A stretch of DNA of 63,721 nucleotides, counting the filler, from Candidatus Omnitrophota bacterium (GTDB taxonomy: Bacteria; Omnitrophota; Gorgyraeia; JAGLLT01), in the NCBI GenBank assembly GCA_023140385.1. It is 6 parts of 6 records of this genome, joined end to end, with 100 filler letters (N's around TTAATTAATTAA, not from the genome) between each part and the next. Parts side by side here need not be neighbours in the genome. Positions count along the whole stretch, not along the records: positions 49,744 to 54,473 come from JAGLLT010000053.1; positions 54,574 to 59,278 come from JAGLLT010000055.1; positions 59,379 to 63,721 come from JAGLLT010000056.1; 3 more parts are not named here. One strand, written 5' to 3'. Below the pieces are notes generated by a model. That model had not been told where the DNA came from. It made no database searches and worked only from the letters and a program-made list of their open reading frames with translations. Shown piece by piece: positions 52,651 to 61,543 of this stretch. Each line of letters begins with the position of its first letter. Within the stretch, counting starts at the first letter, position 1. Made by a program: the position numbers and the translations under genes.

Positions 52651-53363
52651 AAGAACTTAAAGAACAGATAAATAAAATTATTCGCGCCCGCGATATAAAA
52701 GATGGAATTGTGCGAATAAAAACAAAAGTGCTATCGGCTGAAGAAGCAATAGGGAATCCTGAGCATGATGACTATCCTATTCAAAAAGGGCGGGAAAGAT
52801 TGATGCAGGCTGATTTTAACGGCGCTTATGGAGTGGCTTTTACGGATATGTTTGGCGATTATGAAGGCTCTCTTTATGAAATAGTAAATATGGAACTAAA
52901 AAATAATTTTAGGCGGGCAGTTTTCATTTCAACTATTAACGCGGCCTTAAACTGTCTTGGTTTGGTTGATAAGACAAGTCACTGTAAAGACGGGGGCCCT
53001 GTCAACTGCCGGAAAAGAATAGTTGGATTTATAAGAGACAACTTTGGAAATCCAAAGATATTTCAGGCAGGTTTTCAGCCCCGCTTTGTGGAAGCGTTGA
53101 GTAAAGAGTTTGAGCTTCGTGTAACCGACATAGATAAAGATAATATTGGGAAAAAAATCAATGGAGTAACAATAGGATCGCCTGAAAATACGGAGAAAAA
53201 TATAGAATGGTGTGATTTAATATTCGCGACAGGTTCAACTTTTGTAAATAATACATATAAACAATTTATAGTAAAAAGTAAACCAACTGTATTTTACGGC
53301 GTTACCTGTGCAGGAGCAGTATATCTTTCGAACCTAAAAAGATACTGTCCTGAAGGGATGTAA
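52647..53363 (+). CDS. DUF364-like Rossmann-fold protein
   Basis: DLIFATGSTFVN and FYGVT motifs. Confidence 0.65.
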   Translation: MKELKEQINKIIRARDIKDGIVRIKTKVLSAEEAIGNPEHDDYPIQKGRERLMQADFNGAYGVAFTDMFGDYEGSLYEIVNMELKNNFRRAVFISTINAALNCLGLVDKTSHCKDGGPVNCRKRIVGFIRDNFGNPKIFQAGFQPRFVEALSKEFELRVTDIDKDNIGKKINGVTIGSPENTEKNIEWCDLIFATGSTFVNNTYKQFIVKSKPTVFYGVTCAGAVYLSNLKRYCPEGM

Positions 53364-53409
53364 GTAATAAAGGATAAAGGAAAAGGGGTAAAAGATAAAG
53401 GGAAAGAGG
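53361..53409 (+). repeat. 7-bp purine-rich tandem repeat (TAAAGGA-like x7)
   Basis: TAAGTAA TAAAGGA TAAAGGA AAAGGGG TAAAAGA TAAAGGG AAAGAGG, starting at the upstream stop codon. Confidence 0.75.
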
Positions 53410-53418
53410 ATTAAAGAA

Positions 53419-54429
53419 GTGAAAAAACTCATCTTGTTAGTAATTTCAGGTATTATGCTTTTTGGAACAGCAGGCTGCGGCAAAAAACAAGAGACAGCGG
53501 AAAAGCCTATTCGGATAGCTGTGGAATTTACTACCCATTCCGCCTGCGCGCACATAGCAAATCAAAAAGGGTGGTATAAAGAAGAGGGCTTGGCTGTTAC
53601 CAGTTATGAAAATTATATAACCGGTATGGCTTTGGCTGCTGCCCTCTCAAGAGGTGATATTGATGCTGCCTATATCTGTTTAGTCCCAGCCATAAATGTT
53701 AAAGCCAATGCCAAAGTGCCCATAAAGGTTGTTTGCGGAATTCACAAATATGGCTATGGTTTTGTTGTTAACCGCGACAAAATCAAAACCATTGATGACC
53801 TAAAGAAACCTGAAATTCGTATTGGATGCACCCGTGAGGGTAGTCCTGTGGATGCGCTTTTGCATAAGATGATAAAGAAATATAATCTTGACGAAGCCAA
53901 AATACTAAAAAAAATCCGAAGAATGAATCCGCCAAAACTTCTCCTTGCGCTTAAAATGGGGCAATTGGACGCGGCTTTTATCTGTGAAGAGTTTCCGAGT
54001 ATGGCAGAGGGATTAGGGTTTAAAGTGTTTTTAACTGCGAAAGACCTCTGGCCCGATATGCATGGCAGTGTTTTGGTTGTAAGAGAAGAACTCTTGAAAG
54101 AGCATCCTGATATAGTTGAAAAATTGGTAAAGGTTACTGGGCGGGCAACGCGATTTATCAATGAGCATCCCGAAGAAGCAGCAGAAATTGTCGCTAAAGA
54201 ATTGCGGATTACCGGGAAAAAGATATTTCCTGTCAAAGCTATAGGCACGGCTTCTAAACTCGGAATTAGACCCTCGCCAATATTAAAATCTTTGACTACA
54301 AGATTAGTTAATACTACTGATATTGATCCACAAAAAATTCAGGAAGCGATAGATGTTTGCATGGAATTAGAATACATAAAAAAATCATTTAAAGCGGAAG
54401 ATTTTATTGATTTGAGGTTTCTCGAATGA
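53419..54429 (+). CDS. ABC transporter substrate-binding lipoprotein (NitT/TauT/SsuA-like)
   Basis: Lipobox TAGC; GDIDAAY, GQLDAAF and FINEHPEEAA motifs. Confidence 0.85.
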   Translation: MKKLILLVISGIMLFGTAGCGKKQETAEKPIRIAVEFTTHSACAHIANQKGWYKEEGLAVTSYENYITGMALAAALSRGDIDAAYICLVPAINVKANAKVPIKVVCGIHKYGYGFVVNRDKIKTIDDLKKPEIRIGCTREGSPVDALLHKMIKKYNLDEAKILKKIRRMNPPKLLLALKMGQLDAAFICEEFPSMAEGLGFKVFLTAKDLWPDMHGSVLVVREELLKEHPDIVEKLVKVTGRATRFINEHPEEAAEIVAKELRITGKKIFPVKAIGTASKLGIRPSPILKSLTTRLVNTTDIDPQKIQEAIDVCMELEYIKKSFKAEDFIDLRFLE

Positions 54430-54473
54430 AAAAAATAAAAGCTGTTCATAGTTTAATTCCTGTATTAGTTTTT
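54426..54473 (+). CDS. Start of next gene (probable ABC permease), truncated
   Basis: ATGA overlap; MKKIKAVHSLIPVLVF runs into the gap. Confidence 0.45.
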
Positions 54474-54573
54474 NNNNNNNNNNNNNNNNNNNNNNNNNNN
54501 NNNNNNNNNNNNNNNNNTTAATTAATTAANNNNNNNNNNNNNNNNNNNNNNNNNNNNNNNNNNNNNNNNNNNN

Positions 54574-54660
54574 CGGCTACGACGGCCGGAAAGCTTCGGC
54601 GGATTCGCCTCCATTCATCCCCGTGGCAAACCACGGAGTATTTTTGGCGGAGGCGAATAA
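54574..54660 (-). mobile_element. Second (partial) copy of the PATE-like palindromic element
   Basis: 54590-54660 matches the reverse complement of 12493-12562 with 4 mismatches and 1 gap; also preceded by TTAT. Confidence 0.8.
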
Positions 54661-54661
54661 A

Positions 54662-54955
54662 CTACTGTTTAATTTTTCGTTCTTTTATTATTAAAATTCT
54701 TAATATAGCGTTGTTTAGTTTATACGCGTAATTTAAAGGTTTCATAGCTTTGGCGGGCGCTTCAAAATAAATAAGGTAATAAATCCCTTCCTTATTTTTT
54801 TGAATTTCATAAAGAAGACTCTTTTTCTTTGGCTCTTCCTTACTTTTTATCTCGCCGCCCTGCTTAATTATTTCTCCTTCAATAAACTCAACAACCTTAT
54901 TCTGCTCCTCTTTGGGCAGGCCGGGTTTTATTATAAATAAGGCTTCGTAAATCAC
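54662..54955 (-). CDS. rpsF: 30S ribosomal protein S6
   Basis: YEALFIIKP, LLYEIQKNKEGIY and ILRILII motifs; GTG after GGAGG. Confidence 0.88.
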   Translation of the reverse strand: MIYEALFIIKPGLPKEEQNKVVEFIEGEIIKQGGEIKSKEEPKKKSLLYEIQKNKEGIYYLIYFEAPAKAMKPLNYAYKLNNAILRILIIKERKIKQ

Positions 54956-54991
54956 TAAAATCAACCTCCTTTTTTTAACTGCCTAAAATAA

Positions 54992-55573
54992 CTAATCAAC
55001 TTTGACTTTACTGTTAAACTTATTCATAGAAGCCGCTATACCTTTATCAAGCCACAGATAACAAGCCTCTTTGGCCTCTTCAACCGCTTCCGCTAATACC
55101 CCGCGTGAAACTTTATTGAGCGGCTTCAATACGTAAGAAGACAACCGCTCACGCCCCCCTTCTAAATCTTTACCCACGCCAACCCTCAGGCGCGGATAGT
55201 CCCGGGTTTTTAGCGACTGACTGATAGACTTCAAGCCGTTATGCCCACCCTCACTGCCACCGCTCCGTAGGCGAATATTGCCCAGAGGAAGATTAACGTC
55301 ATCACATATAATCAATATATCATTTAATTCCAGGCCCTTTTTACAGACAAGCGCCTTTACAACTCTGCCGCTCAAATTCATAAAGGTCTCGGGCTTAACA
55401 AGAAAAACCTCCCGCCGCGATATCCTGCCTTTGCCTGTTAAAGAACTATAGCTTATATTTTTTACCGGAATTCTCTTATCCGCGGAAATCGCGTCTATAA
55501 CTGAAAACCCCGCGTTATGCCTTGTTTGTTTATATTTCGCGCCTGGATTACCCAAACCAATAAGAACTTTCAT
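54992..55573 (-). CDS. pth: Peptidyl-tRNA hydrolase
   Basis: GLGNPG, TRHNAG, KPETFMNLSG and GGHNGLKS motifs. Confidence 0.96.
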   Translation of the reverse strand: MKVLIGLGNPGAKYKQTRHNAGFSVIDAISADKRIPVKNISYSSLTGKGRISRREVFLVKPETFMNLSGRVVKALVCKKGLELNDILIICDDVNLPLGNIRLRSGGSEGGHNGLKSISQSLKTRDYPRLRVGVGKDLEGGRERLSSYVLKPLNKVSRGVLAEAVEEAKEACYLWLDKGIAASMNKFNSKVKVD

Positions 55574-55614
55574 AAAAATACGCCTGCCAACCCGCCAACA
55601 AAAAGTCAAAAAGA

Positions 55615-56328
55615 TTATCCCTGCTTTTTCTCCTGCCCTTCGCCCTCTTTCCCCTGAGTCTTATCTTTTTGCTTCTCTTCTCTTTCCTTCTCTCCGATAA
55701 CCTCGGGTTCCTGTCCGGCCTCGACCTCCTCTTCCTCAGGCGCCGCTTCCTCCTCCTCTTTCTTAGGATGTTCTATTGCCAGAACGGTGTCTTCAGGATT
55801 GTTTAATATTTTAACACCATCTTTAACCTTTAAGTCCTTTATATGAATCATATCGCCTATTCCAAGTTCATCAATGACCACATCTATTCTTTCAGGAATA
55901 TTCCCCGGCAGGCACTCTATCTCAACCTCCCACAGAATATGATCCAGGACGCCTCCATCCTGCTTTACTCCAATGGCTTCACCCATAGGATGAAGCGGTA
56001 CCTTAACGGTAATGCTCTGATCCAAGGAAATCTCAATAAAATCAATATGAATTATACTGTTTTTAATTGGATGACGCTGAAGGTCTTTAATGATTACCGT
56101 CTTATTCTCCGCCTTGGCGCCTTTTTTAATATTGAGGCCGATAATGACGTTTCCCCCGGCCGAGGTATGGAGGGCATGAATTAAATCTCTCTCTGAAATC
56201 GTCAGAGCCAGAGATTTTTTACCTTTGTCATATACTATAACGGGAACCAGCCCTTCCTTCCTAAGCCGCTTGGATGCTTCCTTGCCGGCAGTCTCCCTCA
56301 CTTGAGCGTCTATCCTAATTTCTTTCAT
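55615..56328 (-). CDS. rplY: 50S ribosomal protein L25/CTC
   Basis: RLRKEGLVP, QRHP, HIDF and GVKQDGG motifs; acidic tail. Confidence 0.95.
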   Translation of the reverse strand: MKEIRIDAQVRETAGKEASKRLRKEGLVPVIVYDKGKKSLALTISERDLIHALHTSAGGNVIIGLNIKKGAKAENKTVIIKDLQRHPIKNSIIHIDFIEISLDQSITVKVPLHPMGEAIGVKQDGGVLDHILWEVEIECLPGNIPERIDVVIDELGIGDMIHIKDLKVKDGVKILNNPEDTVLAIEHPKKEEEEAAPEEEEVEAGQEPEVIGEKEREEKQKDKTQGKEGEGQEKKQG

Positions 56329-56372
56329 CCTTTAACCCCTGTAATTTTATATACCATTTCTTAATAACCTTT

Positions 56373-57311
56373 TTAAACAAACAACGCGCTGACAGACTCC
56401 TCTCTGTGTATCCGCGTAATGGCTTCCGCGAAAAGCGGCGCCACAGAAAGAACATTTATTCTATCACATTTCTTGTCTTTGTCAATCGCAATTGTGTCGG
56501 TTACCAGAAGCTCTTTCAGTTTGGAGCCGTTAATCCTCTCTATAGCGGGTTCAGCTAACACCGGATGCGTAATAGCGGCATAAACATCTCTTGCTCCTCT
56601 TTCTTTAAGGGCAATTATACCTTCAGTCAATGTTCCGGCAGTTGAAACCACGTCATCTACAATAACTATGTTTTTATCCCGCACCTTTCCTATTATGTGC
56701 ATAACCTCAGCTTCTTTGTCACTCACCCTGCGTTTATCAACAATAGCCAGTTCCGCCCCCAACCTCTTCGCGTAGGCCCTGGCCATTTTGATACCGCCAA
56801 CATCAGGTGAAACAACACAAAGATCAGTAATCTTCATTTTGGAAAAGTACTTTACAAAAATATTAACCGCGTATAAATTGTCCACGGGTATGTTAAAAAA
56901 TCCCTGAATCTGCTCAGCGTGCAGATCCATCGTCAATAGTCTATTGGCCCCGGCGGTAGCAATCAGGTCAGCTACTAATTTAGCCGTTATCGGAACACGC
57001 GGCTGATCCTTTCTGTCCTGGCGGGCATATCCATAATGCGGGGTAACGGCTGTTATGCGCCTGGCGGAAGCGCGCTTTAAGGCATCTATAAGAATTAACA
57101 GCTCCATCAGGTTGTCATTGGAAGGCGGGCAGGTTGATTGAATTACAAATACATCCTTGCCTCTGACATTTTCCTCAATCTTGACTTTTATTTCTCCGTC
57201 GCTAAATCTGGAAACGATTGACTGCCCAAGGGGTATTCTCAAATTTTGACAGATGTCTTCTGCTAATTTCGGATTAGCATTGCCGCAAAAAACCGCTATT
57301 TCTCCATTCAT
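56373..57311 (-). CDS. prs: Ribose-phosphate pyrophosphokinase
   Basis: FSDGE, YARQDRK, DLHAEQIQGFF and VDDVVSTAGT motifs. Confidence 0.97.
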   Translation of the reverse strand: MNGEIAVFCGNANPKLAEDICQNLRIPLGQSIVSRFSDGEIKVKIEENVRGKDVFVIQSTCPPSNDNLMELLILIDALKRASARRITAVTPHYGYARQDRKDQPRVPITAKLVADLIATAGANRLLTMDLHAEQIQGFFNIPVDNLYAVNIFVKYFSKMKITDLCVVSPDVGGIKMARAYAKRLGAELAIVDKRRVSDKEAEVMHIIGKVRDKNIVIVDDVVSTAGTLTEGIIALKERGARDVYAAITHPVLAEPAIERINGSKLKELLVTDTIAIDKDKKCDRINVLSVAPLFAEAITRIHREESVSALFV

Positions 57312-58606
57312 TTCCTGCTCCTCGGCTTAACGGATTTTGAAACCTGTTTTTGCTTCTTTTTTTTTCTTAAAACCTTCGCCGGCACACCGACAACTACCGT
57401 ATCATCCTTTACTTCACCTTTAACCACCGTACAATTGGCTCCGGTTACAGCATTTTTACCTATCTTTACCGGAGCTACTAAAATACTGCCCGAACCGATA
57501 AAGGCATTGTCCTTTATTATAGTTGTATTTTTTTCTCTGCCGTTGTAATTAGCTGTAATTGTACCCGCCCCAACATTAACCTTTTTGCCTATCCGGCTGT
57601 CTCCTATGTAAGTGTGGTGGTTAATTTTTGTGCCGGAGTCCACCGTTGACCTGACAACCTCGACAAAATTTCCCAGCTTTACTTCATCAGCAATCACCGT
57701 ATGAGGCCTTATCCTCAAAAACGGCCCCAGCCGGCATTTTTTGCCTATTTTTACATCCTCTTCAATCCTTACAAAAGGCTCAATTACAGTATCCTGTCCG
57801 ATTTCAACGTTATTATCTATGTGGGTTGTCTCCGGGTCTACTATGGTTACACCGCCCTCGATTACGCGGGCTAATATTCTCTTTCTGATAATCTTATGAG
57901 CTTCAACCAGATCAAATCTCGAATTTATCCCTAAAATCTCCTCCGTATCTTCGGTCTCAAAGGAGCTGATGCTTAATTCCTTTTTAGCAAATATTTCAAT
58001 TATATCGGTTAGATAATACTCCTTTTTAGCATTATCCGCCTTTATTTCTTTAAGGGAGGCGAATAAATCCTTTGCTTTAAAACAATATACGCCGCTATTA
58101 ATCTCTTCAATAACCTTCTCGTATAAAGATGCGTCCTTTTCTTCTATAATTTTAACTACTTTATTGTTATCATCCCGTAAAATCCGCCCATAACCCGTGG
58201 GGTTTTTTAAGACAGAGGTCAAAACGGTACAACTTGCCTTTGAACCTCTATGTAAAGCGATAAGCCTGTTCAATGTCTGGCTTCTTATTAAGGGGATATC
58301 AGCGCAAAGGGTCAGAATATGCCCTTTAAAACCGGCAAGTTTCTTTTCCGCCTGCCTTAAGGCATCAGCGGTTCCCAGGCGCCTTTTTTGCTCAACTATC
58401 AGGCTCTTTTTCCCAAGATACCCGGCCACCTGCTTTGACTTATAGCCGCAGACGGTGATTACCTTTTTTATCTTTAACTCTTCCAGCGCCTTTAATATAT
58501 AGCCTATAAGAGGTTTTTTATAAACGGTATGCAGAACCTTGGGAGTCTGGGAGTTCATCCGGGTGCCTTCACCCGCCGCTAAAATAACACAGGCAAAATC
58601 CTTCAT
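57308..58606 (-). CDS. glmU: Bifunctional GlmU
   Basis: LAAGEGTRM, GYGRI, EYYLTD, GNFVEV motifs and hexapeptide repeats. Confidence 0.93.
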   Translation of the reverse strand: MKDFACVILAAGEGTRMNSQTPKVLHTVYKKPLIGYILKALEELKIKKVITVCGYKSKQVAGYLGKKSLIVEQKRRLGTADALRQAEKKLAGFKGHILTLCADIPLIRSQTLNRLIALHRGSKASCTVLTSVLKNPTGYGRILRDDNNKVVKIIEEKDASLYEKVIEEINSGVYCFKAKDLFASLKEIKADNAKKEYYLTDIIEIFAKKELSISSFETEDTEEILGINSRFDLVEAHKIIRKRILARVIEGGVTIVDPETTHIDNNVEIGQDTVIEPFVRIEEDVKIGKKCRLGPFLRIRPHTVIADEVKLGNFVEVVRSTVDSGTKINHHTYIGDSRIGKKVNVGAGTITANYNGREKNTTIIKDNAFIGSGSILVAPVKIGKNAVTGANCTVVKGEVKDDTVVVGVPAKVLRKKKKQKQVSKSVKPRSRK

Positions 58607-58677
58607 ATCCCCTCCCTTAACGTCCGTTTTTTTCTTCATAATTCCCTAATAATTCGGTGGCGTGGTACGGTGCCGCG

Positions 58678-58701
58678 CACAGAACCCCATGTGGTTCTGT
58701 G
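58678..58701 (-). repeat. 24-bp hairpin repeat at the tRNA-Gln 3' end
   Basis: CACAGAACCACATGGGGTTCTGTG; homolog of 40881-40933. Confidence 0.7.
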
Positions 58702-58773
58702 GCTGCCCGGCGAGGATTCGAACCTCGAACCTCGCCTCCAAAGGGCGGTGTGATGCCATTTCACCACCGGGCA
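58700..58773 (-). tRNA. tRNA-Gln(TTG)
   Basis: U1:A72, anticodon loop CT-TTG-GA, GTTCGAAT T-loop, encoded CCA. Confidence 0.93.
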
Positions 58774-58787
58774 AAGATCTTTACAGG

Positions 58788-59278
58788 CTAAATTCCAGCC
58801 TCAAAGCCCTCTGTTTTTCCTTCCTCTGAAACCTGAGTTTCATCCGTTCCCGCTTCAGCCGGCGCGATTGTCTGAGACTCGCCCTGAGACTCCACCCGAG
58901 ACTCGGCCTGAGACTCCGGCAGTTCTTCATACTTCTTAAGCACCATCTTTTGAATGTAATCTCTAAATTCCGAATTAATAGGATGGGCAATATCTTTATG
59001 TTCGCTCTGCCTCTCTTCTTTAGCCGCGGGCATTACCTCCTGAACGGGAAGACTGGCTCCGCATTGATTGCAATATTTACTTCTTATGGCATTTCTGTGG
59101 CCGCACTTATTACAGCTTTCCTTCATCTTGCGCGAAGGCATAGCGACAAAATAGCCTTTGTTGCCCTGAATAACCTTTATATCCCTCACCACAAAAGAAT
59201 CATCAAATGTTACTGTAGCATACGCCTTTAGTTTCTTATCCCTGCTTTCTCTCGGAAAAATCCTCACCTCAGTAATTT
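58788..59278 (-). CDS. spoVG: SpoVG family protein with Zn-ribbon insert, 5'-truncated
   Basis: ITEVRIF, KLKAYATVTFD, FVAMPSRK, CNKC/CNQC and DIAHPINS motifs. Confidence 0.92.
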
Positions 59279-59378
59279 NNNNNNNNNNNNNNNNNNNNNN
59301 NNNNNNNNNNNNNNNNNNNNNNTTAATTAATTAANNNNNNNNNNNNNNNNNNNNNNNNNNNNNNNNNNNNNNNNNNNN

Positions 59379-61230
59379 TTACCGCTTTAATGAGCTCATT
59401 CTGGCCGGCAGGAAGAGCGATATTTGCCTTATCAACTCCTTCGCCTTCAACTTTCCAGGAGAGGCCCGCAAAAATGACGGCCGCGTCTGATTTAGCGGCT
59501 ATCTCAACCGCTTCCCGGAGCATATCATCTCCCGGAGCAACAAAGCCTAACTTTGCTGTAGCCCCGCCGCCTTTTTCGTAATATTCAATACGCGCGTTAT
59601 AAGGCCGGCCGGCTTCTAAAAACACCGTCCCCCTGTGGGTCTCCAGAGCATGATCCCACCAACTATCAATTAAAAGTTTATCATTTAAGTAAAGGCGGCA
59701 GCCGTCATCAGTCAACATAGCCAACTCATATTTACCTGAGACATCAGGAATAATTTTTCCTGTCCATCTAACTGAAAAATTATCGTTGTTAACAGCGGGC
59801 GCGGGCGAGCCGTCACCCCAATCAAAGTCAACTTTTTCATCAATTCTCGTTAATACCGGCTCGCCGCTCAGGGTTAGATTATTAAAATATTCCCCTTTTA
59901 AACCTTTTGTTTGTTTCGAACCATCAGGTGGAATGAGAAAAGTTGATGGAAGGATTGTCATCTCTCCGGGCATCATACAGCCCTTAGCGTACTTTATAGC
60001 AACCTTTCCCTCACACATCCGCTCTAACCCTTTAAGGGGGCTTACAGAATGCCTCGACCTTACCGTTGAACTGCCTCCCCCTCCCATCTGCGCCTCAGCC
60101 GCGTTGGAGCCGATAACAGCTATAGATTTAATACTCTGTTTATTAAGAGGCAATACTCCACCTTCATTCCTTAGAAGAACTGTTCCTTCCTCAGCCAGCC
60201 TGCGGGCTAAGATTCTGTGTTCCCTGGTATCACAGGCACCTCTATATTTGGGGTCAACGCCGTCAAATAAATCTAACAAAAACATAACCCTTAAAGTCCG
60301 GCGAACCTTGTCATCTAAAATTTCTTCGCTTACTTTTCCGTTTTTGACGGCCTTCAGCAGTTCATCGCCAAAGTATTCTCCCGGGCCGGGCATTTCCAAA
60401 TCCAAACCTCCCTTAGCTGATTTATTCGTAGAGTGAACAGCCCCCCAGTCAGAAACCACAAGCCCCTGAAATCCCCACTCCTTTTTAAGTATATCCAGAA
60501 GTAGATGCCGGTTGGCACAGCAATATGAGCCGTTTACCAAATTATAGGCCCCCATAACGGTCAAGCCTCCCGCTTCACACACAGCGGCTTTAAAACCCGG
60601 CAGATATATCTCTCTCAATGCCCTTTCGTCTATCTCCACGCTAATTGTAAACCTGTCTCTTTCCTGATTGTTGCAGGCAAGGTGCTTTGTGGAGGTGCCG
60701 ATTTTCTGGCTCTGGACACCCTTAACGTAAGCCGCCGCCAACCTGCCTATTAGATAAGGATCTTCTCCAAAGCTCTCAAAGTTTCTTCCTCCAAGCGGTG
60801 TCCGATGAATATTAATACAAGGGCCGAGAAGTACATTGCGCCCTTTGGCTCTGGCCTCACGGCCCAGCACCCTGCCCACTACCTCAATTAATGACGGATT
60901 CCAGCTGGCACCCATTGTTACACCTGTCGGAAAACACGTTGATTCACCCCAACCGACACCATGAGGCCCATCCGTCATCTTTAAGGCCGGAATTCCAAGA
61001 CGTTTATTTTCTCTTGTATCCATACGGTCTTTGCCGGATACCTGAGCAATCTTCTCTTCTATCGTCATCCTGCCGAGTAAATCCTCAATCCTTTCCTCAA
61101 TAGGCAGTTCCGGATTTTTATACGGGGAGCTATCAGCCTTTTCCGCTGAAACAAAAGCGGTAAAAACAATACAAAAAACAGTAAACAAACCAACAACAAC
61201 TCCACAGCGTTTTAACCTGTTCATTTTCAA
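59379..61230 (-). CDS. Secreted GH3 beta-glucosidase with PA14 domain, 3'-truncated
   Basis: DGPHGV, GRNFESFGEDP, KH, VSDWG nucleophile; PA14 region GEYFNN...FSVRWTG...DDG. Confidence 0.92.
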
Positions 61231-61468
61231 CTTTCTCCTTTTAGTTATAATGAAAACATTTTTTTATTATACCATCTTTTTGCCAAAAATGCATTAGCTA
61301 TTAAGTACCTGAATAGCGTAAAGCGCATAGACGCTTTTCTGCCGCGAACAGGTATACTGAAAAATCCCCATAGCTCTTGACGGTAGGATAGGAAAAGTTA
61401 TCTTGAAAAATTTTAGTTTATGGTGTAATATATTCTTTTAATACTATAATATAAAAGACTCTCAATAG

Positions 61469-61482
61469 AGTGAGCACTCACT
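61469..61482. promoter_or_regulatory. Operator-like palindrome upstream of the TPS locus
   Basis: AGTGAG-CA-CTCACT. Confidence 0.4.
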
Positions 61483-61543
61483 TGGTAATTGTATTGAATG
61501 ATGCTATCAGCATTAACGCGAAGACAAAGAGAGCAATGAAAAA

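Noticed and set aside
59786..60436. 216-aa ORF and the many other short ORFs antisense to called genes
   Set aside because: Shadow ORFs of well-supported genes on the opposite strand.
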